Assembly: GCA_050246815.1 (NCBI GenBank)
Contig: JBFWVI010000027.1
Location: 22,949-41,611 of the forward strand
Reading direction: 5' to 3'
From: Bdellovibrionales bacterium
GTDB taxonomy: Bacteria; Bdellovibrionota; Bdellovibrionia; Bdellovibrionales; UBA1609
Length of the DNA stretch: 18,663 nucleotides
This document shows positions 1-8,617 of the stretch, piece by piece. The notes under the pieces were generated by a model. It searched no databases. It had not been told where the DNA came from and saw nothing but the letters and a program-made list of their open reading frames with translations. A program made the position numbers and the translations under genes. The stretch's first letter is position 1, and every line of letters begins with the position of its first letter.

Positions 1-489
1 GAAATGAAAAAAGATGGTTACAAACTGCCGTTCCTGGTGGTTCGCAAGATGGCCCGCGAAGGCGACTTCCAGAGCTCTTATAATTATATCCGTAAGTTGC
101 TCGAAGAGAAAAAACGCTTGGACCGCCTGCCCGCAGAATGGCGATCATCGGCGATTGGACGTTATGCTAAAAAAGTAATCACCACACGTTTACAAAAGGC
201 GCGCAAACAAGCCGGACAGCAGATCAAAGCCCACTTAGAAGCCATCCGCGAAGAGCTTTTTGATCTTTTCGAGCAGGAGGGCTTTATTCGCTACGAAATG
301 ATCAATGGGCGCAAAGAATCCTTGAAAAAGCGAATCGCGGGCAAGGACATGGCAGAAAACCAAATCGACGAAAAGCTAGACCGCGAATATTCAGTGCAAA
401 ACGGATACGAGTATTGGCCGTTCCGAGGTGAGTACTGGTTGGACGAATTGGGCAATTACCATTATGTGGGCACGCAAAGTTGTGAATAG
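1..489 (+). CDS. C-terminal part of a GltC-like adventurous gliding motility protein (5' truncated by the window edge)
   Basis: The frame is open from base 1 (gaa atg aaa...). It ends in EYWPFRGEYWLDELGNYHYVGTQSCE, resembling the aromatic WPFxGEYWxDELG..C C-terminus of GltC-family proteins, and sits at the head of a glt/agl-like cluster. Confidence 0.7.
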   Translation, partial: EMKKDGYKLPFLVVRKMAREGDFQSSYNYIRKLLEEKKRLDRLPAEWRSSAIGRYAKKVITTRLQKARKQAGQQIKAHLEAIREELFDLFEQEGFIRYEMINGRKESLKKRIAGKDMAENQIDEKLDREYSVQNGYEYWPFRGEYWLDELGNYHYVGTQSCE

Positions 490-3400
490 AACACAGGGCA
501 TACGCAGATGGATTGGTTTCGCCTGCGCATTAAGCGTGGTGGCCATTTTGTCACCGGCGTTCGCACAAAGTTCCAAGGGCAAAAGTAAGGCCGCTGCCAA
601 AAATAAAACTGTCGGCGAACTGCTTAAAAATATCGAATCGCGCGCGCGCGAAGTGAAATTCAACAACAAGCAAAAAAGCGCACTGCCTCAGTTCAGTCAG
701 TTCGAAAAGACTAAAAAGGTCAATTTGCAATCGATTAAGCCGCCGGCAAGTTCCACTCTTTACTACGAAGAGGGCACCAATGAGGGTGAACTAGAAAAGG
801 TCACCGATCAGTTAATTTCGCAGGCGTATAAGTTGACGCAGCAGTTTAAAAACAGCAAACGTCGCGGCGAATTATGGCTGCGTTTGGCCGAGCTGTATGT
901 CGAAAAATCGCGTTTAATAGAATATCGCTTGCAAACAGAATTCGACGTGGCCCTTCGGAAGTTTCAATCCGGAGAGTCCAAACAGCGCCCAAAGCTAAAC
1001 TTGGTGGCCTCGCAAGATTACAACCGCAAAGCGATTCAGCTTTACGAATGGTTCTTGCGAGATTTCCCCAAGGACTCCAAGGTTGACCAAGCCCTATTCT
1101 TTTTAGGTTACAATTTCTTTGAATTGGGTAATGAAACCAAGGGCAAAGGCTACTACGAGCGACTGACCAAAGAGTTTCCTGAAAGTCCTTATGTTGACGA
1201 AAGCAATTTTGCTTTGGGCGAATTTTATTTCGACAAAGAAAAATGGAAAGAAGCCCAGGGCTATTATCAAAAAGTGGCGCAAAATAAACGCGGCCGCTTG
1301 TACTCTTTTGCGCTCTACAAGTCAGCTTGGTGTCTTTACAAAACCGGTCAAGTCAAAGAGGGTTTAGTCTCTTTGGAGCGGGTGATTCGTACCGGGCGCG
1401 CCGCCAAGGGTTCAAAGGATGACTCTGCTGGCGGTGTCAGTCGCATCCGCTTGGCAACAGAAGCAATGAAAGATTTGGTCGTCTTTTATGCCGAAGTCGG
1501 CACGGCTAAGAATGCGCGCAACTATTTTGAAAAAGTGGCAGGCGAAAAAAATTCGTTCAATTTGGTCGAAAAATTGGCTTATTACTTCACGGACAACGGC
1601 AATCGTGATGGCGCCAAATATTTATTTGAAGAAATGATCGAGCTGAAGCCACATGCTCCAAAGGCTTACGATTATCAGTATCAGATCGTCAGCATGTACG
1701 CGGCTTCTGGCAACAATCAGGTTTTCAAAGAAGAATTATATCAGTGGATTTCGACTTATGGCCCTGACAGCGCATGGTACAAGGCCAACTCGGCCAATCA
1801 GGATTTGGTGGCAAAGGCCTCACAGCTGATCGAGACCACTCTACGAAACTATGTATTGCAACAGCACCAGACCGCGCAAAACTCCCATGCGGAGTATTCG
1901 CAGAAGTTGGCCAAAAGCGGTTACGAGCTCTACTTCAACACCTTCAAAGAGTCGTCAAAGCTCGACGAGATGCACTTTTTCTTTGCCGAACTCTTGTTTG
2001 ACATGAAGGATTACGAGCGTGCCGCCTATCATTACACTTGGATCGGCGACAACGCGCCCAAGAGCAAATACTTCGAAAAAGCCATGGTCAACGCCGTGTT
2101 GGCTTTAGAAAAGAAATTACCAACGCCAGAACAGATTCGTAAGGTTGTCGGCGAAAACAACGAGCCCGTTGAATTTGACAAAACTCTGAAGTCTTTTGAA
2201 AAAGCAGCCTTGGCTTATGCTCAAGCTGTTCCAAAGGGTGAAAACACCGTGCCCGTGCGCTACAAGTTGGGATCGCTTTATTACTATTACAACCAGTTCG
2301 ACAAAGCATTGGCAATGTTCACCGATATTATCGAGAAGCACCCTAAAACGCAGTACGCGGAGTTCGCCGCCAACCTGACCTTGGACATTTACAACATAAA
2401 AAAGGATTACGCAGGTCTTGAAAAGGCTGGCAAGAAAATTTTGGCTATTCCCGAACTGGCCAGTTCGGCCGTTGGTGGACAGATCAAAAATATTTTGCAA
2501 CGCGCCTCATTCAAAAAAGCGCAAGATCTTGAGGGCACCAAGGACTTCTTGAAGAGTGCCGAGGCCTACGAGTCTTTTGCCAAAGCCAATCCGGCCACTG
2601 AACTTGCGCCCACCGCATACTACAACTCGGCGGTTAATTACGAGCGTGCCGGCGATCTTTTTAAAGCTTTGGGCATGTACGCTGTTGTTTTAAGTATTCG
2701 CGGTGACAAACATGAGGGTTTAAAGAAAAATGCCAGTAAGTTTGCGGCTAGCCTTTATGAAAAAACTGGTCAGTATGCCAAAGCGGCTGATGCTTTTGAG
2801 GCCTATGCCAGCAAGAATCAAAAGGACAAAGAGGCAGTCAATTTTTACTTCAACGCCGGTGCGATTCGCGATGGGATGAATCATTACCAGGCCGCGTTGA
2901 ACAATTACCAGAAGTACTTTGATTTAAGTCGCAACAAAGATCGAAATGAAGTTCCATTCTTGATGGCAAAAGTGTGGGAACGACGAAACAATCCGCGCCA
3001 GGCGTTGAAGTATTATCTAGAATACCATGCGATGAATCCCAGCAACGCAGGTGGCTTGGTGGAGTCCACCTTTGCCATTGCAAAAATCTATGAACGTTTG
3101 GGCAATCGTAAGCAGATGGAAGAGTGGTACAAGAAAACGATCGCCATTCAGCGACGCGTTTCCAGATCTGATAACCCGATCGGCGTGCAGTACGCGGCTG
3201 AAGCCAAATTTCATTTGGTCTATAAAACCTATGAAGAGCTTCGCTCCATTCGTATTCCCGCCAATCCGGCCAATCAGGGCAAAGCGGTACAGCAGAAGCT
3301 GGCTGTGCTCGAGCGCTTGAAAAACGAACTTGGTAGTGTGATCAAGTACGACGATGGTTATCAAGTGGTGGCGTCATTGGCGTTGATTGGCCAGGCTTAC

Positions 3401-3682
3401 CAGCATATGGCTGCCGCGATCTATTCAGTTCCAATTCCCAAGGCATTGGATGCCGAAGGAGTAAAACAGTACAAAGCAGGCGTTGACGGCATTGCCAAAC
3501 CTTTCCAAGAAAAGGCCATTGAAAACTACCAGTCGGCCATCGACCGTGGTCGTCAGCTTGAGGGCTACAATGATTGGATGAAGGTGGCGTTCAAAGAGCT
3601 GACCGTGCTCAGTGCAGGAAAATACAGCGACGGCGGTGAAAAGGTGATACCGACCAAGTTGCCAGACTGGCTGGGGAACTAA
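482..3682 (+). CDS. Large secreted TPR-repeat protein, GltD/AgmU-like gliding motility protein
   Basis: Many TPR units (e.g. QALFFLGYNFFELG, FALGEFYFDKEKW, YKLGSLYYYYNQFDKA) and a Sec signal peptide (RRWIGFACALSVVAILSPAFA|Q). I prefer the in-frame GTG at 482, which overlaps the upstream stop (gtgaatag), over the track's 428; ATG 464 is an alternative. Confidence 0.85.
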   Translation: MNRTQGIRRWIGFACALSVVAILSPAFAQSSKGKSKAAAKNKTVGELLKNIESRAREVKFNNKQKSALPQFSQFEKTKKVNLQSIKPPASSTLYYEEGTNEGELEKVTDQLISQAYKLTQQFKNSKRRGELWLRLAELYVEKSRLIEYRLQTEFDVALRKFQSGESKQRPKLNLVASQDYNRKAIQLYEWFLRDFPKDSKVDQALFFLGYNFFELGNETKGKGYYERLTKEFPESPYVDESNFALGEFYFDKEKWKEAQGYYQKVAQNKRGRLYSFALYKSAWCLYKTGQVKEGLVSLERVIRTGRAAKGSKDDSAGGVSRIRLATEAMKDLVVFYAEVGTAKNARNYFEKVAGEKNSFNLVEKLAYYFTDNGNRDGAKYLFEEMIELKPHAPKAYDYQYQIVSMYAASGNNQVFKEELYQWISTYGPDSAWYKANSANQDLVAKASQLIETTLRNYVLQQHQTAQNSHAEYSQKLAKSGYELYFNTFKESSKLDEMHFFFAELLFDMKDYERAAYHYTWIGDNAPKSKYFEKAMVNAVLALEKKLPTPEQIRKVVGENNEPVEFDKTLKSFEKAALAYAQAVPKGENTVPVRYKLGSLYYYYNQFDKALAMFTDIIEKHPKTQYAEFAANLTLDIYNIKKDYAGLEKAGKKILAIPELASSAVGGQIKNILQRASFKKAQDLEGTKDFLKSAEAYESFAKANPATELAPTAYYNSAVNYERAGDLFKALGMYAVVLSIRGDKHEGLKKNASKFAASLYEKTGQYAKAADAFEAYASKNQKDKEAVNFYFNAGAIRDGMNHYQAALNNYQKYFDLSRNKDRNEVPFLMAKVWERRNNPRQALKYYLEYHAMNPSNAGGLVESTFAIAKIYERLGNRKQMEEWYKKTIAIQRRVSRSDNPIGVQYAAEAKFHLVYKTYEELRSIRIPANPANQGKAVQQKLAVLERLKNELGSVIKYDDGYQVVASLALIGQAYQHMAAAIYSVPIPKALDAEGVKQYKAGVDGIAKPFQEKAIENYQSAIDRGRQLEGYNDWMKVAFKELTVLSAGKYSDGGEKVIPTKLPDWLGN

Positions 3683-3685
3683 GAT

Positions 3686-4531
3686 ATGGCGAATTGGTTG
3701 AAAAGCATCAGTTGGACTCTGGCCAGTGCGACCTTGCTGATCGGATTTGCCGCGCTCGCCCAGTTTGAAGACAGTGAAATTGATGAAGCCGATCAAGCGG
3801 GTGTGAGTGAGCCCTCGAAGCTAGAAGTCGACAGCAAGGACCTAAAAGCCCTGGCAGAGGCGCGTGCCAACAAGAGTGAAGAGGCCCTGGTTCGGGCCGC
3901 CTCGCGCGTTTTGGGGGCGGATTCCAAAAACTTGATTGCCTTGAACACTTTGGGTGTTTTTTATTTCGAGCAAGGCAAATACGGATTGGCGCGCATTATC
4001 TTTTTGCGTGCTTTACGTGATCATAATCAGACTCCAGCGTTACATAATAATTTGGGAATCGTTTATTTGGCTGAAGGCAAACAGCGCCAAGCCTTGGCCG
4101 AATTTCGAAAAGCGCTGGAAATTAAAAGCGACTACCGAGTGAGTGCGGCGAACTTGGGCTCGATCTTTCTTGAGTACAAGGATTTTGAGCGCGCATTGAA
4201 GCCGTTAGAATCCGGCTATAAGGCGACACGCTCTGAACTTAAGTCGGGAACTCCGTACGCGATGGAAGTGGCCAACAATTACGCGATCGCCCTGACTGGG
4301 GCAGGCCAGTTTGATGCCGCCAAGGATGTCTATGACGAAATTGTCGCGGGCAGCACTCGTAATCCTACGGTTTTGCTGAACTATGCTATACTTTTAGTGG
4401 AAAAGCTGAAGAATTATAAAGAGGGAAGCAAACTGCTTAGTCGCATTAAGTTCGCAGTGGATGACCCTAAAGTACTCAAGCGTGTGGAAGAGCTTGATTA
4501 CAAGGCGAGCACCGGCGGCAAAGAGCAATAG
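3686..4531 (+). CDS. Secreted TPR protein, GltE/AglT-like
   Basis: Signal peptide (ALA|Q). TPRs ALNTLGVFYFEQGKYGLA, LHNNLGIVYLAEGKQRQALAEFRKAL, AANLGSIFL. Lies directly after the gltD-like gene. Confidence 0.8.
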   Translation: MANWLKSISWTLASATLLIGFAALAQFEDSEIDEADQAGVSEPSKLEVDSKDLKALAEARANKSEEALVRAASRVLGADSKNLIALNTLGVFYFEQGKYGLARIIFLRALRDHNQTPALHNNLGIVYLAEGKQRQALAEFRKALEIKSDYRVSAANLGSIFLEYKDFERALKPLESGYKATRSELKSGTPYAMEVANNYAIALTGAGQFDAAKDVYDEIVAGSTRNPTVLLNYAILLVEKLKNYKEGSKLLSRIKFAVDDPKVLKRVEELDYKASTGGKEQ

Positions 4532-4534
4532 GCC

Positions 4535-4852
4535 ATGGAGTCAGGCGTGCGGATTTTGAAGTTCATGACATTCGCGATGGTTTTCGCATGGGCCTTTGGC
4601 ATTGTGCGTGGACCTGTCGCGTCTGCTCAAGGGTCTGCCAGCGCTAAAGCAGCATCAGAAAAAGACAAACGCAAAACCTCTATCGATTTTGAAGACGAGT
4701 TGATTCAAGGTGAAGTGAAAAAGCCGGAGCTGTTTTATTTGCTGCAGAAAAAGCAATTCAACTTCAAGCGCTTGATCAAGTTGCGCGAGGACTTTTTGCC
4801 CGAAATGCGTCGTACGTCTCAAGATATTCGTCGAAGCGGGAGCGGAAATTGA
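4535..4852 (+). CDS. Small secreted GltF/CglF-like gliding protein
   Basis: Signal peptide followed by the motif IDFEDELIQGEVKKP...LIKLREDF, similar to CglF/GltF. Position between gltE-like and gltG-like genes matches. The real start may be a downstream ATG. Confidence 0.7.
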   Translation: MESGVRILKFMTFAMVFAWAFGIVRGPVASAQGSASAKAASEKDKRKTSIDFEDELIQGEVKKPELFYLLQKKQFNFKRLIKLREDFLPEMRRTSQDIRRSGSGN

Positions 4853-6837
4853 AACCACCCATTTTACTACGCATTTACATCAATGACAGTCTAGAGGGTG
4901 TGCGTCAGTTCGATCAAAAGCAGATCGTGATCGGCCGCGAGGCGGACGTGCAGCTGGATCTGAAAGATGCCGCGGTCTCACCCCTGCACGCGGTGATCGA
5001 AGAGCGGGAGACAGGTTATTACATCCTGGATTTAGGTTCGCAGACTGGAACTTTACGTAACGGCCAGCGTATTTTGGACGACCGGTTAGAATCTGGTGAC
5101 GAAATTAAAATCGGTCCGTACAAAATTCAATTTTTTGTTGGTGTACCGAAACCTGCGGCGCCACCCAGCAAAGACAAGCCCAAACCCAGTCTGCCTGTCG
5201 AACCGCCGCCTATGGAAAAAACCATGACCAACGTGGCTATTCCTAAGCCAAGCGCGCCCAAGCCGCCACGCCCGATGGAAACACCCCGACCTGCGCCAAG
5301 GCCCACGATTCCCTCTGGGCCACCGTCATCGAGTGCCTTCAAAAAACATAAGAAAAAGGGCGAAAAGACCTTTGCACCACCCAGCAGTTTCAATGACGCT
5401 CGCGATATCGTGCGCCCCAGCAAGGGCACAGTTGTGGAAGTTTTGGTGGCCTGGAAAGAGCGGATCATCGCGGCCCGAAACTTCACCGAAAAGGGCGTGA
5501 TCACCGTTGGCGCCGATCCCACTTGTGATTTGGTCGTGCCGTTGTTTGGTGGCGGCAGCAAATTTCCCTTAGTTAAATTGCAAAGTATGGCCACGGTTTG
5601 TTTGACCCAAGATATGAGCGGAGAGTTGATCCGCGATCAGGGGCCTGTGGCTTTTTCGGACTTATTGAAGCAGAACAAGTTGCGTAATACCGGTTCATTT
5701 TTTGAATTGGATGTTCCGCAAGGTGAAATGGTCCGCATTGCCTTTCAGGGTGGCCTGCTGTCGGTGTTTGTGCGCTATGTGCCCGAAACGCCCAAACCCA
5801 TGGTCGCACCACTTTTGGATCTGACCGCATCCGAAGTGACGGGCGTGATTTTGGCTTTCGTTGTGTCGGCGATCTTTGGTCTTTACATGATGATATACGC
5901 GCCATCCGATCTGGCGGATGAAGCTCGTTTAGAAGAGCCAATACGCAAAGCAATCGTGACCTTCAAAGTGCCGAAAAAAGAAATCGTTCAGGTGGAAGAA
6001 AAGCCGCCAGAAGAAAAAAAGGTCGTGAAGATCGTCGAAAAGCAAAAACAGACGCAAACTCCCAGTGCCGACCAACAGGGCAAGCCCGGTCGTGCAGCCG
6101 AAGTGGCTCCGAAGCCTCCGACCAAGGATAAAACTCCCAAGCTGACTTCCGCCAAGTCTGGTGGTGCCATCAAAACGGCGCCAAAAGAGGGCGCCAGTGC
6201 CCAAAGTCAAAAGCCAGATCCCACCAAAGTGGGATTATTGGGCGTGTTTGGCAGCAAAGGCACTCAATCTAAACTCGACAAAACCTTCAGTGGCGCGGGC
6301 GACTTGACCGGCATGGCCAACCAGGCCACGGGTTTCGCGGGCAATGCCGAAAATCGCGCGGGCGATCAAATGGGTTCGAAGCTAAAAGACACGGGCCCCG
6401 GCGGCAAAGGCACGGCCACCGTCGGCATCGCAGGTGTCGGCACTAAGGGCAAGGGCACGGGCTCATACGGTCTTGGTACGGGTGGCATCGGCACCAAAGG
6501 TTCGGTCGACATTGACGTCGGTGGGCAAGAGGCCGAGATCACGGGTTCGATCGACAAAGAAGCGATTCGTCGAATTATTCAACAGAACAAAAACGCCATT
6601 CGCAGCTGCTATGAACGCTCTTTGCAGCGCAAGCCCGACTTGTACGGAAAGCTTGTTTTAGAATGGGATATCGAGGACCGCGGTCGGGTGACTCGCACAT
6701 CGGTCAAGAGCAATTCATTGGGTGATGATCAGGTGGCAAATTGCATCATGGGGCGTATCAAGGATTTGAAATTCCCAGAGCCGCCACCCGATCAGATCGG
6801 TCGAGTTACATTTCCATTCGTGTTTTCGTCACAATAA
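4849..6837 (+). CDS. GltG/PglI-like inner-membrane protein: FHA domain, Pro-rich linker, single TM helix, Gly-rich region, TonB-like AgmX/PglI C-terminal domain
   Basis: FHA motifs (VIGRE...AVSPLHAVI...LDLGSQTGTLRNG), Pro-rich segment, TM GVILAFVVSAIFGLYMMIY, Gly/Thr-rich stretch and C-terminal IRSCYERSLQRKPDLYGKLVLEWDI...VANCI...FPEP...VTFPFVF. The TTG start overlaps the upstream stop (aattga). Confidence 0.88.
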   Translation: MKPPILLRIYINDSLEGVRQFDQKQIVIGREADVQLDLKDAAVSPLHAVIEERETGYYILDLGSQTGTLRNGQRILDDRLESGDEIKIGPYKIQFFVGVPKPAAPPSKDKPKPSLPVEPPPMEKTMTNVAIPKPSAPKPPRPMETPRPAPRPTIPSGPPSSSAFKKHKKKGEKTFAPPSSFNDARDIVRPSKGTVVEVLVAWKERIIAARNFTEKGVITVGADPTCDLVVPLFGGGSKFPLVKLQSMATVCLTQDMSGELIRDQGPVAFSDLLKQNKLRNTGSFFELDVPQGEMVRIAFQGGLLSVFVRYVPETPKPMVAPLLDLTASEVTGVILAFVVSAIFGLYMMIYAPSDLADEARLEEPIRKAIVTFKVPKKEIVQVEEKPPEEKKVVKIVEKQKQTQTPSADQQGKPGRAAEVAPKPPTKDKTPKLTSAKSGGAIKTAPKEGASAQSQKPDPTKVGLLGVFGSKGTQSKLDKTFSGAGDLTGMANQATGFAGNAENRAGDQMGSKLKDTGPGGKGTATVGIAGVGTKGKGTGSYGLGTGGIGTKGSVDIDVGGQEAEITGSIDKEAIRRIIQQNKNAIRSCYERSLQRKPDLYGKLVLEWDIEDRGRVTRTSVKSNSLGDDQVANCIMGRIKDLKFPEPPPDQIGRVTFPFVFSSQ

Positions 6838-6852
6838 CGGGAGGGTACCCAC

Positions 6853-7536
6853 TTGGAGAATCAAACAGCTGAAGTCATAAGTCACTGCGCAGGATATGGC
6901 AATTTTATTGCCAAAGCATTCTGCGAAGGTGGAACAGTCATGTATATCATCGCGTTCACGGGTGTGATCGTGTTGATGCTGATCATCGAAAGGCTGATGA
7001 GCTTGCAACGCTTAACGGTCGACAAGATCAGTTTGAATGAAAATTTGTTCGCCATGCTTTTGCGCGGTGATTTGAAGCAGGCAATCGCGTTTTGCGACAG
7101 CCGCCCAACACCTCTTACCAACACTTTAAAGGCCGGCTTGATTCAAGTGATGAACAAGCGCCCTGATGAAGAGATTCAAGTCGCGATGGATGCCTCGGTG
7201 CTGCGCGAAACCCCCAGACTTGAAGGTTGGACCTCGTTCTTGGCCGTATTCGGTAACGTCGCGGTCTTGATCGGGTTGCTTGGAACGATTATCGGTCTGA
7301 TCACCTCGTTCGGCGGTGTGGCCATGGCGGATCAGGCGACCAAGGCGGCGAAACTGTCGCAAGGTATCGCGGAAGCGTTGAACTGTACTGCTTTCGGGTT
7401 GTTGGTGGCGATCATCTCGATTGTGACCTACGGTTTCTTTCAGATCCGAATTGGTCGCGCGATCACGGATATGCAAGAAAGCAGCATGACGCTGTTGAAT
7501 CTAGTCGTTGCCAATCGCGAAAAGATGAAAGACTAG
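6853..7536 (+). CDS. MotA/TolQ/ExbB proton-channel family protein (AglR-like)
   Basis: Three TM helices with the signatures GLLGTIIGLITSF and GIAEALNCTAFGL. TTG start with a GGAGGG ribosome-binding site upstream. Confidence 0.92.
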   Translation: MENQTAEVISHCAGYGNFIAKAFCEGGTVMYIIAFTGVIVLMLIIERLMSLQRLTVDKISLNENLFAMLLRGDLKQAIAFCDSRPTPLTNTLKAGLIQVMNKRPDEEIQVAMDASVLRETPRLEGWTSFLAVFGNVAVLIGLLGTIIGLITSFGGVAMADQATKAAKLSQGIAEALNCTAFGLLVAIISIVTYGFFQIRIGRAITDMQESSMTLLNLVVANREKMKD

Positions 7537-7556
7537 GATAACAAGGGGTAGCCACG

Positions 7557-8027
7557 ATGGCACAGGTTGATGATGGCAATTCAGACAGGCGGTCGACGGT
7601 CGATTTGAATATCGTGCCGTTTATCGACTTGATGAGCGTCTGTATTATTTTTCTTTTGATCACCGCCGTGTGGACCCAGGTTTCGATGATTCAGATCGGT
7701 AGCTCGATCTATGGTAAAAAAACAGCCCAAGAAACGGCAACGCCTCCTCCGCGCGCGGAAATACCCTTCCGTTTAGATGTGCGCGAAGATGGGTATCGTG
7801 TTGTGGTGGGCCGCTCGAGTTCTTCGATCGCCAAGATTGACGGCAAATACAACCAGGCCGCCCTGGTGTTGGAACTAAAAAAGGTCAAAGAATTGTACCC
7901 CGAAAAAGTGGATGCGGTAATCACGGTTTTGGACCAATTGCCTTACGAAACTCTGATTGATGGCATGGATGCGCTTTTGTCCACCGGATTTCCTGAAATT
8001 TCAGTTGCGACCTCAGGAGTTGAGTAA
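7557..8027 (+). CDS. ExbD/TolR family protein (AglQ-like)
   Basis: N-terminal LNIVPFIDLMSVCIIFLLITAVW TM helix carrying the conserved Asp, plus the C-terminal LPYETLIDGMD motif. AAGGGG RBS. Confidence 0.9.
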   Translation: MAQVDDGNSDRRSTVDLNIVPFIDLMSVCIIFLLITAVWTQVSMIQIGSSIYGKKTAQETATPPPRAEIPFRLDVREDGYRVVVGRSSSSIAKIDGKYNQAALVLELKKVKELYPEKVDAVITVLDQLPYETLIDGMDALLSTGFPEISVATSGVE

Positions 8028-8614
8028 TGGCGATTTACATTCCCGGTAAACGCGATCGTCATGGGCATGCCAAAGCCGCCAAGCGCAGTGCGGTCGCAGT
8101 TCTGCAGCTGACCGCGATGGTGGATATGTTCACGGTGTTGGTGGTGTTCCTGCTGCAAAACTATGCGACGACCAATCAAATTTTGCCGATTGAAGATTCG
8201 GTGGCGCTGCCGGATGCCTCGGCGGTGAAAGAACTAAAACCTTCGAACGTAGTTGTTTTGGCGCCCGAAGGTGTTCGAGTCAACAACACACCGGTCGCCA
8301 CCATTGAAGCCGTGAAAGCATCGGAAGATTGGTTGATCCCTGAAATGAAAACCAAAATCGAAGAGCTGATCAGCGAAGGCGAAAAGAAAAAGAAAACACT
8401 GGGCGCGCAATTGCGCCAAGCCGTGACCGAAGCCAAGGATGACACCAAAAAAGAAGAAGAGGTCGACGATTTCCGCAAGATCACCATCCAGGCGGACAAG
8501 ATGATCGACTTTTTATCAGTGAAAAAGGTCATGTACACCGCCACCGAAGCCGGCATCTACGAAATCAATTTTGCGGTGATCAAGGTTCCGGGCGAGAATA
8601 AAGCCACGAACTAA
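8027..8614 (+). CDS. ExbD/TolR family protein (AglS-like)
   Basis: LQLTAMVDMFTVLVVFLLQNY TM helix with Asp and the C-terminal IQADKMIDFLSVKKVMYTATEAG motif. 1-nt taatg overlap with the previous gene. Confidence 0.9.
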   Translation: MAIYIPGKRDRHGHAKAAKRSAVAVLQLTAMVDMFTVLVVFLLQNYATTNQILPIEDSVALPDASAVKELKPSNVVVLAPEGVRVNNTPVATIEAVKASEDWLIPEMKTKIEELISEGEKKKKTLGAQLRQAVTEAKDDTKKEEEVDDFRKITIQADKMIDFLSVKKVMYTATEAGIYEINFAVIKVPGENKATN

Positions 8615-8617
8615 TCC

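Noticed and set aside
638..651. (CG)6 palindrome tcgcgcgcgcgcga, possible Z-DNA
   Set aside because: Single short tract inside a CDS, explained by Ser-Arg-Ala-Arg codons.
6390..6510. Repeated ggcac.aa.gg units in the gltG-like gene
   Set aside because: They encode the Gly/Thr/Lys-rich linker typical of this protein family and are not an independent DNA repeat.
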